In this document: in pieces, positions 9,389-21,500 of the stretch | Numbering within the stretch: position 1 is the first letter of the stretch | How the letters are laid out: each line of letters begins with the position of its first letter | From: a virus | Taxonomy: Duplodnaviria > Caudoviricetes | Virus record (IMG/VR): IMGVR_UViG_3300037721_000031 | Location: 64,001-128,000 of that record | Strand: one strand, 5' to 3' | DNA: 64,000 nt | Position numbers and translations under genes: made by a program | The notes under the pieces: generated by a model | The model's input: the letters and a program-made list of their open reading frames with translations, nothing else | Database searches by the model: none | What the model was told of the DNA's origin: nothing

Positions 9389-10426
9389 TCAGTTAAGGAA
9401 AATACCATCTGACCATTTCTGATCAGTGGGACCATATGGATAATAACCATATCGAAAGTTATCAGAAAAAACTTTACTTCCTTGAGTCTTCAGTCTGTAA
9501 TCCAAAGCAGTTGGTGATATTCCCATTGCTTTGGCACAATCTGAAGCAGAATGATAATAGCCGATGTTTCCGGTTTTCTCACATATCAGTTTAACAATTT
9601 TCTTTGCGTATCCAGAAGTATTAAATTCTAGCAAAGGGTCGTTAATCTGACACCAAGGTGTTTCATCTGAAGACCACTTAATTTGAAGTAGTCCGGGTAA
9701 AATTGACTGACTTTTCCTCGATAACCATTGAGAGACAGTAGATGGCAGAATATTTTCTTCTTCACAGAAGTCTGTTATTCTTGCATACTCTTTGACAGTA
9801 TTGTCAAAGACGTTCCTAACCAAGATACTCTTGGATGTACTGTTTTTCTTCAATTCGTGTTCGATGGAATTTGGAATGTACCACGGTTCTTCACTGTATT
9901 CTCTGTATTGTTTCTTTTCAGGGAATATACGTTTTTCACCGATTTTAACTCGATACCCAATAGCGTCTTTTGACATACTGTAATATCTTGCGCATTCGAT
10001 AATACTCGGAAAATGCATCACAATCCCAGTAACAGTATTTCTTACTGAAATTGGCACACATTTTTCAGTGAGTCCATTCTTACCAGCATGCTCTGCATTT
10101 CCTTGGTAAGTAGTCCATTCTAAATTGTCAAGGCGATCATCGCCTTTTATGCCATTTTTGTGATTTACAACAAGATCATCGTAAGAGCAATCCATGGGTT
10201 TGAATACCATGCAAAGCACTCTATGTCTACCCAACGTTGTGCGTTCACTACTATCTTTGTACAAGAAGTAGTTGTAGTACCCGTCAGGATTTCGATGATA
10301 ATGTCTGATCACATTGAGTTTCTGGTCTATAATAACACCTTCCGGCGAAATCACGTATCGTGAAAATCCAGAAATCTCATAAAACCCTTGATAACATTTC
10401 GATGCAGTTGGCTCGAATAAATTCAT
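9389..10426 (-). CDS. Intron-encoded HNH homing endonuclease with NUMOD-like C-terminal repeats
   Basis: HRVLC...VVNHKNGIKGDDRLDNLEWTTYQGNAEHA HNH motif; repeated 'V...F.SI.ECA' DNA-binding modules. Confidence 0.88.
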   Translation of the reverse strand: MNLFEPTASKCYQGFYEISGFSRYVISPEGVIIDQKLNVIRHYHRNPDGYYNYFLYKDSSERTTLGRHRVLCMVFKPMDCSYDDLVVNHKNGIKGDDRLDNLEWTTYQGNAEHAGKNGLTEKCVPISVRNTVTGIVMHFPSIIECARYYSMSKDAIGYRVKIGEKRIFPEKKQYREYSEEPWYIPNSIEHELKKNSTSKSILVRNVFDNTVKEYARITDFCEEENILPSTVSQWLSRKSQSILPGLLQIKWSSDETPWCQINDPLLEFNTSGYAKKIVKLICEKTGNIGYYHSASDCAKAMGISPTALDYRLKTQGSKVFSDNFRYGYYPYGPTDQKWSDGIFLN

Positions 10427-10451
10427 TTTCTACTCTGCGAAGTTATATCAC

Positions 10452-10480
10452 ATTATAGAGTTAATTTCATTCTAATTCAA
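10452..10480 (-). promoter_or_regulatory. Sigma70-like promoter inside the intron 5' region, upstream of the HNH ORF
   Basis: TTGAAT (10480-10475), 17-nt spacer, TATAAT (10457-10452), 26 nt before the ATG at 10426. Confidence 0.5.
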
Positions 10481-10494
10481 CTATATCCATTTTA

Positions 10495-13400
10495 ATCATC
10501 ACGATCTGACGCTACTGATAAGAGTGCTGCGGTAGAAAACAATGCAGTAGCTCCGGTTTTACCAATAACATATCTGTTAGATGTTCCACGTAAAGAATTA
10601 AATTGAGGATCTGCACTTGTGTATGTATTGATAGCTACATCTGAAGAATCCACTGTTGCCTCTGAAATAGTACCCATATCGTTTTTATGGTAAGCACGAT
10701 TACGTTTCACCATTGAACGACCAGTACGTCCACCAACACCTGAGAATGTTACAGCTTCAGATTCTTTCAAATTCTGAATTGGATTTATTTCAAGGTTTTG
10801 ATTTTTAGCAGAATCTTCATTGATAGCTATCCATACGGCGTACGGATTTAAATCGATGGCGGCAGTAGTCTTATTTGCTCGAGCCCCATGCATTCTAACT
10901 GATCTAACTAGTTCAGAATAAAGAATACCTGCAAAACGCTCATATCCCTTAACTCTCATAAATGCAGGGTCAAGTTCGTAAGGATGTTGATCGTCTGTCA
11001 ATAACTCACCACTACGCAGTAAGAGCTTTGTGAATTCTACTGGTTCATTCATCTGCTCTAAGAGATCCTTAGTAATTGGATCAACGAACATTTGATTTAG
11101 TAGATCCAACTCTCTCATGTACCTCACACCTAAGCCAGCATCTTCAAGTAAATTGAAGTATACATCTTTACGATTGAACTCATGTGCAGGATAGTTATAA
11201 GTACTATCTTCGTGATCTTGCCAACCAGCAAGGATCATTGTGGCTAAGACATCGTCTCTGGAGAATATCCAAGTTTCGTCTTGAAATACAATACTCCATT
11301 CATCAGCTGCTAAACTAGGTCTTTGACCAGCAGGAATGATGCGTGGGTTTACTTTCAGGATCTTAAGCAGGTTATCTAACCCAATCAAGTAACCAAGTAC
11401 AACGCCTAGAGAGATGGCCTTACCGAATACCTTTAACTCAGCGTGTTCGATTGGTGCCTTATTTAAACGCAGTCCTATGAGATCCTCTAATGATGATAAT
11501 GCATGAAGTCTATTACCATTAGGACTACCATCAACAGTATAGAGTGCACCATTTCGACCCATCACCATCAGATCACCATCTTCACTCATTCCGATTAGTG
11601 TATTACCACCTTCTTCAACATCTTTTAAACTAAGATCACCCATTATTAAGTGTCTACGGTTTATCTCAAAGTTGAGTTTCCAGTTCTTATCGTTTATACG
11701 TAATGTAAAACTACGAAAGTTCTTGGCGATCGTGGTGTATAACTTTGGAGCAGCCACGCTTGGTTGAAATGCATCTCCAGTAACAACATCTGTAATCAGA
11801 TCTTGATCACTAAGGCCGATCAGCATAATAGCATCAGTAAGCCAACGACCATAGTCGTTAACTTTCTTCTCACTACGAGCAACAAAGATCTTTCCATAGT
11901 AGCTAGTCAAGGCTACTTGATTTGGAGAAATCTTACGGATCGGAAGATCGCTCTTTTGTTTACGAGTTCTGTAGTTAACATTGTTAACACGGAAGCTGCC
12001 GTCTTCAGTTACTTTTGGAATTCTGAAACGCAGTGTCGATGTAGCTCCTTGTAATGGCTTTACTTTGACGGTGTAGCTGTTGTAAGCCATCGAGACATTT
12101 TCAACTTGTTCGACCTGATAATCTAGTACGATAATTCCAGCTTTCTGCAGGTTCATTACCATACCAGCAATATCTCGCTGCATTACTTTAGTAATGTATT
12201 TTTCATCGAATTCCATCAGTGACGATTTAAGCATGGTCTTATCGACTAAGGTGCTTTTATCAGGAATAGAAGGAGATTCTTTAATGTCGAGTAGGTCTCT
12301 AGGAATGTTAATAAACTGATCTAATGTGGTACCATCAGGAGCAGTAATACTCTTATATGTCCCAGCTAACTCTAGATACTTACGATAATCCGCAGCAGAT
12401 AATCCTCCAGAGTCAGCCAGAGCATTACATCTGGCAATGATGGAATCTTCAAGGGACTGTCCAGTAGGAATTACTGTAGCAATATCGAAAACTTCTTGAT
12501 CGTCAGTTAATTCGGTATCGTTAGAACTAACAGCAATATCTTCAAGTGTTTCTAAGTCAGCATCTACCTGTGCATCTATGTTTACGATGTCTTCTGGTGA
12601 CTGCACTTCTTGTTCGTCGTCTTCTTCAGGACTAACTACTTCGATGTCGTCATTATCCAGATTAGAAGTAAACGAATCATCAGTATTATCAGTTACACTA
12701 GTTGCTGTTTCTTGTACTTTACTTACAGCCGCAATAGTATCAGAGTTCTCTTCATCTTTACTCGGTTCATTAACAATACCGGCACGAGCCTCGAACAAAC
12801 TCATTGATAACCGAATGAACAGCTTCTGCATCCGATCAGCGGGATGACCGTGAGCGTTAAGAGTAGAATCTTTTTCTAACTCTTCTTTGGTTGCTTTACG
12901 CCAGACATTCAATTGTCCGAGATTAAGTACAAACCAGCGTCCTGACTCTCTAAATATTAGATTCACACGATCTAAGTTTTTAACAGGAATTTTAGAGATC
13001 GCTGATTCTTCTCTCTTAGTACCCAACCATTGCCATACTTGTAACAGAATGATTGATTCTGACGATGTGAATATCCGTGCTGACTTCTGATCGATAGCTC
13101 TCTCAGCCTGACGTAATTGTGTCAAGCTAGGTAACGTCTTAGGAATATCGAATTCGATGAACTGATGTCTATCAGTAGTCTCAGCTACCTCAGCTACTTT
13201 AGTAAATACAGTAGAAATTAAATTATTCCACCGGTAATACGACGTATAGTAATTACGCAGGTATTTGTATAACCTGTGTATGAAACTATAGTTATACACT
13301 AGTACAGACTGTGGATCACGAACAGCACTCTCTAAAGATTTGAAAGGTCTGAATCGTGGATTCTTAGCTCTGTGACTACGGATTACGCGGTTAACGTCTA

Positions 13401-13656
13401 TCAGTAAACGCCTTGGATTACCATCGGTGTGCTTAAGTTCTGTAACTGTGTCTATAGTAAATGGTCTAGCTGAACTCTTGATAGCATTCTCTGATTCAGT
13501 AGGTCCATCATCCAAAGGACCTGTACCTAAATAATGATAGATTGAATTGCGTGGTAAGTCTAACAATTCTAATCTAGACAGAGGAGGCTTGATTAGTTGA
13601 TCAATCTTACGAATACCGTATTTTCTATAAAAAACTGGATACTGTAGTGTGGTCAT
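10495..13656 (-). CDS. rpoB: Virion RNA polymerase beta-N subunit, exon 1 (phiKZ gp178-like)
   Basis: 1054-aa ORF with EAVTFSGVGGR and GTISEATVDSSDV beta motifs; ends SDRDD at the intron 5' splice site, where TAA is the first intron triplet. Confidence 0.9.
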
Positions 13657-13670
13657 ATTTCTATTAGTAC

Positions 13671-15296
13671 TTAATCATCACCCGTAAGATTACGACATAC
13701 GAGTTCGACAGTGTGTACTCCTGTACGATTAATAAACTGTCCGTCAGTACCTACGTAGGCACGACGACTGTTGAAAAACTCTTCACATTCTTCTATAGCC
13801 TCTTGAGAGTACGCTACAGTATAGCTGGAAGTGTCGCCATCGAAGTCGGCACCCATACGGGCGAGTTTATTGACAGCAGGAATAAGAGAGTTTACAAATG
13901 CTGCTCCTTTTACAGGGAACTCATAAGCCATTGCATCATCACTCATTGGCTGCCATTGCTCATTAAGCTGCATTCGTCTTTCAGATGTAAGAGTTACTCG
14001 AAGATAAGTTCTACTAGGATAAATAGAACCAATGCCCGTAATGGGATATCGAGTAACCATTGCTGGATATGTATTAGCCTTCTTATAAACAGCAATGTAG
14101 AACAGTTCAGCTAGTGAAATTGGTCTCACATCCTTCTTACTACGAGAAGAAGGTAGTTCAGAAATATCATGCATAATCCTGAATGTATTGTCAGGACCTA
14201 GGTACAGTAATGCTATATAACGGCCGTCAATTTCTAAAGGTACGTCGCGAATACTTTCTTCCTTGAAAGAAGAAATAATTCTTTCAATACCTTCGTTTGT
14301 AGCCCATTGATTATAATAGCGACTATGTAATAGTACCTCTTCTGACTCTAGTGTTTCTTTATTTACTAGACGAGCTGGCTGGTTTACATCAGGAAAGATA
14401 GATTCCAATAACCTACGAATTTGAAATACTGTTACCGGCAATGTAGCCTTCATGAACTGATATAACCCTACAATTGTAGAGTTGACATCAGGATTACCTT
14501 TTCTACCAAGATATGGTACAGAGGTATCCATAGCAGTAATCACGTTTCTAGTACCATTGAATACTCTGCGAGATGCCCACTTTCCTAGCAACAGTTTCTT
14601 CTTACCTTCAATTAGTGAGAAGATCATGTCGTAGATAGTGTTGAAAATTATCTGCATCTGATATCTCGGAGTGTCTAGCGCATCGACCTGAGTTTTTACA
14701 GTAGACTCATTAATAGTGTTTGAAATAGATATCAGTTGACGATAAGGCTTATTAATTTCATCTTCACTAATTCTGTTGTAGTTATCTATTTCAATATCAC
14801 GTAGTCCAGCAGGTAAAACAGCTACTTTGTCTGTTAGCGCTCTATTACCATATTTCTTAATAAGTAATACAGCTTGCTCTCTGTTAATTGAACTGGTAGT
14901 ATCGAAATGAATCTTTAACCAATGCTCAATAAAAAAAGCATACCCTGTAGAGCCATCGATGGCGCTAGCTTTAACAAAGTCTCTCAGTTCTTCATCAAAG
15001 CGACCATATCCTTTACCGGATAAGATGTCGCCATAGAGATGTTTCATTTTGACTAATACGTTAAAAATAGCCGGATGCAAAATAGGTACTTTTATATCAA
15101 TGTATGCGAAGCGAAGGCTACGTCGTTCATCACCTACTCTTCCAAAGATAGATGTTGAAAATAGACCTTCTTCTGAAAAATCAGAAGATCCACCTTCAAA
15201 GATATCTAGCTTTGATATTTTCTTTAAACCACGTAACTTCTCAGGAGTTAGGTTTAAAAGGTCAACGTTAAACGGGACATCGGATGGTTTTGACAT
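13671..15296 (-). CDS. rpoC: Virion RNA polymerase beta'-N subunit (phiKZ gp180-like)
   Basis: Catalytic GADFDGD motif, GLFSTSIFG, LPAGLRD, RVFNGTRNV, RYP motifs. Confidence 0.92.
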   Translation of the reverse strand: MSKPSDVPFNVDLLNLTPEKLRGLKKISKLDIFEGGSSDFSEEGLFSTSIFGRVGDERRSLRFAYIDIKVPILHPAIFNVLVKMKHLYGDILSGKGYGRFDEELRDFVKASAIDGSTGYAFFIEHWLKIHFDTTSSINREQAVLLIKKYGNRALTDKVAVLPAGLRDIEIDNYNRISEDEINKPYRQLISISNTINESTVKTQVDALDTPRYQMQIIFNTIYDMIFSLIEGKKKLLLGKWASRRVFNGTRNVITAMDTSVPYLGRKGNPDVNSTIVGLYQFMKATLPVTVFQIRRLLESIFPDVNQPARLVNKETLESEEVLLHSRYYNQWATNEGIERIISSFKEESIRDVPLEIDGRYIALLYLGPDNTFRIMHDISELPSSRSKKDVRPISLAELFYIAVYKKANTYPAMVTRYPITGIGSIYPSRTYLRVTLTSERRMQLNEQWQPMSDDAMAYEFPVKGAAFVNSLIPAVNKLARMGADFDGDTSSYTVAYSQEAIEECEEFFNSRRAYVGTDGQFINRTGVHTVELVCRNLTGDD

Positions 15297-15505
15297 GATG
15301 ACTTTCAGGAAATCAGTAATAGTTATATTTTCTCTTATAACGAGAAATGAGGTTTTGTATAAGGTTACTGTATGATTAAAATATCTTTATACAAAACCTA
15401 TGAAGCATACCGTGAAAGAATAGGCATTGTATTAGTAACATTGTTTATTTTCTATTACTTGGATAGGCTATAATTTCTAAATACTTCATAAGCTAGGACT
15501 AACCC

Positions 15506-18500
15506 ATGGCAACGAAGAATAATTCAAAGACAAAGTACGAATCGAATGATTTTAATATAGATTCTAGTCTTGACTTACCAGATTTTGATTTTGATGCTAC
15601 TGATATTAAAGAAGATCGTAACCCAGTTATTTCAGCCGCGAAGTCCGCAGCACAAGGTGTTGCAGATTCTGTATTCAATACTGGTGTGATTCGTTCTACT
15701 ATTAATAAAACTCTACCAAAAGAGTATGGTAGTATTTTAAATATCACAGATCATACAACTGACTCCATACGTTCACTATACGATACCGCGGCTAAGGAAT
15801 TTAAACCAGCTAAGAATGACCTTAAGAGAATAGCTGGGCGTGTAGCGCCAGCAGTAGAAGGTGTTCTTGGTAAGAAGATTGCTGACAAGCTTAGAGCAAT
15901 GTCTAAGTCAGGTGAATCGGTAGGTATTGACCTTAGTATTGAAAGGCAGCGGGACGACAGTCTCGTTATGGAGCTTGGTAATATATTTAAGGCTCAGGCA
16001 GATGTTGCTGATCAAAAAGAAGCTACTGATGAAAGTAGAGAGCAATTTAGAGACAGTATTGATCAAGTAAGGCATCGTAACGAGATTAGTCAGCTAGACA
16101 GTATTCGAGTAGGTATTGAGCAGCTTACTAGTTACCAAGATAATGTCTTATCTAATTATCAGAAGAAATCTCTTGAGTTACAATTCAGACAGTACTTTGT
16201 CACTGCTGACTTACTAGAGATTACTAAGAAATCAGCTGCTGAACAAGATACGAAATTGCAAGGTATCTTGAAGAATACTGGATTACCTGAATTTGTTAAA
16301 ATTAATGAGTCTGAAAGATTCTCAGAATTAGCTCGTAATAAATTCTATTCAGATATCCGCGACAGTCTCTTCGGAGAGATGGATGGTACTGAATACATAA
16401 AGAAATTTGTTAATAATGTTAAGAAATCATTAACGGCAAATATCCAAGAATGGGCACAATCAGCCAGTCAAATTACGTTCATGGCTGATATGGCTACAGG
16501 GGCCATAAGTGACGGTGAAGGTCCTAGTAAAGCTCAACTGCTAGGAGGTGTTGCTGGCGGGCTAGTTGGTGATTATGCTGTAGGTAAAGGGCAGGAGAAG
16601 CTTAAGAAACTTCTTGAAGGTAATAAGGAATTAGCTAAAGGTGCCGAGAATGTAGCTTACAGAGTTAACAATTCTGCACAACTAGCTGATGACTACATGG
16701 CTGAAGCTGACTGGGGTGGATTCGAAGGACTTCGTCAGTTCTTAGATGATAACCGTCCACAGATTATGGCAGACACGGCAATGGATGCAGATTCTCTGTC
16801 GGAGATGCATAAGCCAATGCCGTTTAGTCGCGCTGCTAGTAAATCTATCATTGAAATCATTCCAGGTTACTTGGCTCGTATTCATCAAGAAATACAAATT
16901 CTTAGAACAGGTAATGAGTCTATAGGTTTGTCAGCGTACGACTATAATACTAACAAGTTCACTACTCAGAAGAATTTGAGTAAAAAGATAGTTAACGACC
17001 TTATAGTTAAAGATGATGGTAATGGTTCTAACAGTGTTAGTGAAATTAAGAAACGTCAAAACGATATCTTAAAGATAGTTGACCCTGAAGAGAAGCTTAC
17101 AGGTACTCAGCGTAAGGCTATTAGTGACACGCTACTTCGTACGTCTGTTACTCGTAGATCTACAGATGCTAAGCATTTATCTAATAAACATTTCTGGCGT
17201 AAAGCTGGTAGCGAAGCAGATGGTATTGCTAATGTTTTTGCGAAGATGCTTGAAACTGATAAAAACGGTAAGCGTGCTGACACGTTACCAGCTATTAGAA
17301 ATCAGAATATTATTTCTAATGCGGTACGCGGATTGACAAAGGGTATAGATGATCCTAGGGCTAAAATACAAGAGATGATCAACACTGGACAGTACAGTGT
17401 TCTTAGAGATTCTGGTCTTATTGACGACGATAACAGAATTTCAATTGACAATCTTGTAAAGATACTTAGCGGTGATTCAGATAAGGTACAAACAGAAAGC
17501 GATAGAGCGCTTGGTACTGTTAAAAATAAGAGTGTAAATATTGGTAAAAATGTTCAACGTGACAAACCAGTAAGAGCTTTTAGTACGACAGTTTCTAAAG
17601 TTGAAGCGATAGCGCGCATTGATCCAGAAGCTTTTGAACCATTATCTAAAGCAATATATTCGCTACAAGACAGTTTTAAAGTATCTTCCACGCTGAAGCC
17701 TGTTGAGACCTTAGTAGAGTTGGTTACTTCAATAGACAAGCGTCTTAGCGAGGGATTAGCAGTTTATGGCGATACAACTGGCCGCATACTCACTGGCGAT
17801 AGGAATCAGCCAGGTTGGTTCTCTGAAAAAGTAAAAGAAACTCGTAAGAAGTGGTCAGAAATTTCAATAGGTGAACTAGGTGCTAAAGCTAAAGAAGTTG
17901 GCGCTAAAGGCTTTACTTATGTAAAAGACCACATGAGTAAGCTCGCTAGTACTGCTGGAAATATTGCAGTTAAGGCACGTGATCTTGTTCAGACTACTTT
18001 ACAAAGAGCTGCTGACAGGATGGGTGATATCTACGTAGGTAGTGAGTTAAAGCCACGGTTGACACGTGCTAAAATGCTAGCTGGAGAATACATTGACCAG
18101 GCTACTGGTAAGGTACTATCTTCTCTCGATGATATTAAAGGCACTGTTATAGATAGAGATGGTAACATCATCTTGAGCATTGAGGATTTAAAAATAGCTC
18201 AATTGCGCGGTAAGACGATCGAGTATCTGAAAGATAAAATTCAAGGACTTGGTGGTTTGCTAGCGAAAGCAGCATTACAAGGTAGTACCATGTTGGGCGG
18301 GCTGTACGGTAGAATGTTCTCTATCGGTATGGTTGGCTTACATAAAGCAAAGCTACTGCTGCCACCATTCGATGTGTATGTTAACGGTAGTATGGAAAAA
18401 CCATTACTATACGCGTCTCAGTTTAAACTTGGATCATACTTCTCTAAGAAAACAGGTAATGTAGTTAAGCATCCTAGAGATATCGACGGACCTGTTCTTG

Positions 18501-21500
18501 ATAAAGATGGTAATATCATTGTCACAGAAGAACAAGTAAATAAGGGCTTAGTTGATAGGAACGGAATCGCTATATCTAACATACTTGGTCGTGGTCTGAA
18601 CAAAGTTAAAGAACTTGGCCTTGCAGGCTTTTCTTTAATTAAGAAATTTGGCATGTCTGTTAAGAATTTCGCCACAGATGCATTTGGTGCATTAGGTGAA
18701 ATGGTCAAAGGCTTATTCAACGGCTTTTCTTACTTTGGTGAGAAGTATGTTGAGATTAATAAAGACCAACTTGACGTTCAGTTAGAAATCTTGAAATTGT
18801 TACAGGAACGTTTACCTAAGAAAGTTACTGGTGATTCAGACGGAGACGGTGTTAGAGAAGGATCCGTTCAAGACATCATTAACCGTAGAAAAGAAGAGAA
18901 AAGTAAGAAGGAAGAAAAGCTGTCTGATAAAGCTAAGACCACTGGTACTGGTGGATCTAGTCTCTACGGAGCTATTGCTGGTCTCTTCAAAGGTAAGAAG
19001 AAAGATGAGGGTGAAGAAGGTGGTAAAGATAGTAGTCTTTTATCTGACGCTGCTGATGCTGCCGATATCTATGATTCCGTAAGAAGTGACAAGAGTGGTA
19101 TTCCTGATTCTAAAGACACTGTCAAAGGCAAGGGTGTTGGTAAAGTTACTGCAAGAGCGACAACTAAGGTAGGTCGTTTACTCCAAGGCGCTAAAGGGCT
19201 AGCAGGTAAAGCCGCTGGTACAATTGGTAAAGTTGGTGGAACAGCAGTAGGTGCCGCAGCGTCATTCTTTGGTTTAGGAAGTGTTCTAGGTAAAGCCGGC
19301 GGTGCTCTGGGTAAGATTGCTACAGTTGGTGGTTCAGCCATTGGCAAAGTGGGTATGGGTCTTGGTCGGTTAGGCTTAGCAGCATTAACTAGTGGTGGTA
19401 CTATAGCTGTAGCGCGCGCGGCTTTAATGGGTTTGACTGGCGCACTGTTCTCACCGATAGGCTTAGCAGCATTAGGACTTACTGCCGCTTACTACGGATA
19501 TAAATATCTAACTCGTAAGAAATTGGAAGTACTGAATAAAGTTCGCTATGTTCAGTATGGTTTCAATGCTAATGACGAAGATCACTTTAAAGCAGTGTTT
19601 GAACTGGAAGATTCTTTAGAAGAGCATGTTAAACTTGATAACGGAACTGCTAGTTTAGATGATAAGAAAATCGATCTTAACGAATTAGCTGAACCGTTTG
19701 GTATTAAAGCTACAGATAAAGAATCTGTTCGTAAATGGGCGTACTGGTTTAATGATCGTTTCAAGCCAATCTTCTTAGCTCATAAGTCAGCGTTGCGAGC
19801 AATTAAACCTGATCTGAAGATTGCAAATGTAGATGGGTCAAAACTCACGCCGCAGGAAAAGTTAAACTACTTAGGTGCGACAGAATTACCTGGGGCTAAT
19901 TATAGTCTAACTACATCACCATTTGTAGATTTAGAAAGATTGTCTTCAGATAGTCGTGCAGTTCAGGCTCAGATTGAAATTGCTAGAACTACAATTCAGC
20001 AAGAAGTAAAGACTGGTAGTACTTCTAAAAATACAGTCGCTACAGCTACAGCTATGGCTACATTGTCTGCTAGTGGTCTTAATAAAGATGGTTCTGTTAA
20101 TAACAATAATCAACTGAATACTAGTAATGCTAAATCACTAGGGTTAAGCTCATTAGTTAACGGACTGAATAAAAGAGAAACTATCAAAGACGCTAGTAAC
20201 AGTATTTCTGCACAAAGTACGTTATCCTCTGATTACCTGTTTACAGGCGATAAAGGTCAGATGGATGCTTTAACTGTTATCCGTTTTAAAGCTTACGGCT
20301 TAATAACAATGGATGCGGAAAAAGTAAAAGCGTTACGTTACTTGGAAGTTTATGTTGCACGCAGAACAAACTTTAGTAAAGACGGTGCTGAATACGCTCA
20401 AGATGTAGAGGCTCTGTTAGAAGATGTAAAGGTTTATTTCGGTATTAGCGGGGCTCGTTCACCACGCGGCTATAAGTGGATAACTTGGTTCCGTTCACGA
20501 TTCTTACCTGTATTCTTGAACTTTTCTACAGCTGTAGAAAAAGCAACAAGAAAAGCAGACGTTGTCCAAGCTGAGAGAACACTTACATCTGAACAAGCTG
20601 TGGCTGTAGCATCGGCTGTCTATACAACTACTTCTATCTATGACGGTAGAAAGATGTCTGTTTGGAAAATAACAGATTGCTCACCGTGGGACAACTATCC
20701 TCTTAACGGTAATGACTCTTCAATTGAATTAAATTTAGAAGCTTTGAAAGAAGCAACTAAGGCTGTAATTCGTGGGGAACATAAGTCAGACAGTATTCGT
20801 CAGAAGACAGCCGATAATCGCAACAGAGCTGTTAATGAAGGTAGTACTTCTGATAACAAGACCCGTTCAGAATTAGGTAGTGGTGCAGTTGTGATGTATG
20901 CTAAGCCAACTAGTATTACTGAAAAGCAACGTGGTGAATCGTCCGTTTATGGTAATAACCAACCAGAGCTATTGCGGCAAGATGGGCGCAATGTTCGTGC
21001 TGTTGGTGAGTACCTGACTGGAGTAAAGATAAACCATCCAGGGGCCGGTACTGGCGGTGATATTAACTCATTACCTGATCCAGGAACAGCTACTGGTGCA
21101 GAAGCCATAGTTCCGTTGTTACGCGAAGTAGCAAAGATGACCGGTGTGGATCCGAAAATCTTGATAGACATGTGTGCGATTGAATCTAAATTTGATCCAC
21201 AAGCAAGACCATTTGATCCACGTACTGGTAAATATCTGTCTAGTGCAGTAGGCTTGCTACAATTCCTGAAAGGAACATGGGCAGACCAACTTCGTGCGAA
21301 TGGGTCTAAGTATGGTATTGCAATAGGGACACCACCAACAGATGCTAGAGCGAATGCATTAATGGGTGCCGAGTTCATTAAGAGCAATATGAATTACTTA
21401 AAGAGCAAAGTCAAACGAGATCTGACAGAAACTGATGTTTACTTGGCTCATTTCTTAGGAGCGGAAGGAGCTTCTAAATTCTTGCAGATGGATCGTAATA

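Larger units (their letters stand above)
9096..10494 (-). mobile_element. Group I self-splicing intron (1399 nt) in the vRNAP beta-N gene
   Basis: Minus-strand core elements: P AACTGACGGGGACACCCT (9394-9377), Q AATCCGCAG (9289-9281), R GTTCAACGACTA (9252-9241), S AAGATATAGTC (9179-9169); P7 GACUA/UAGUC; P3 UUUCCU/AGGAAA; P8 and P9 hairpins; 5' exon ends in U and the intron ends in omega-G at 9096. Confidence 0.92.

Noticed and set aside
12480-12780. Acidic low-complexity stretch in vRNAP beta as an insertion element
   Set aside because: In frame, with no boundary signals; consistent with a disordered linker
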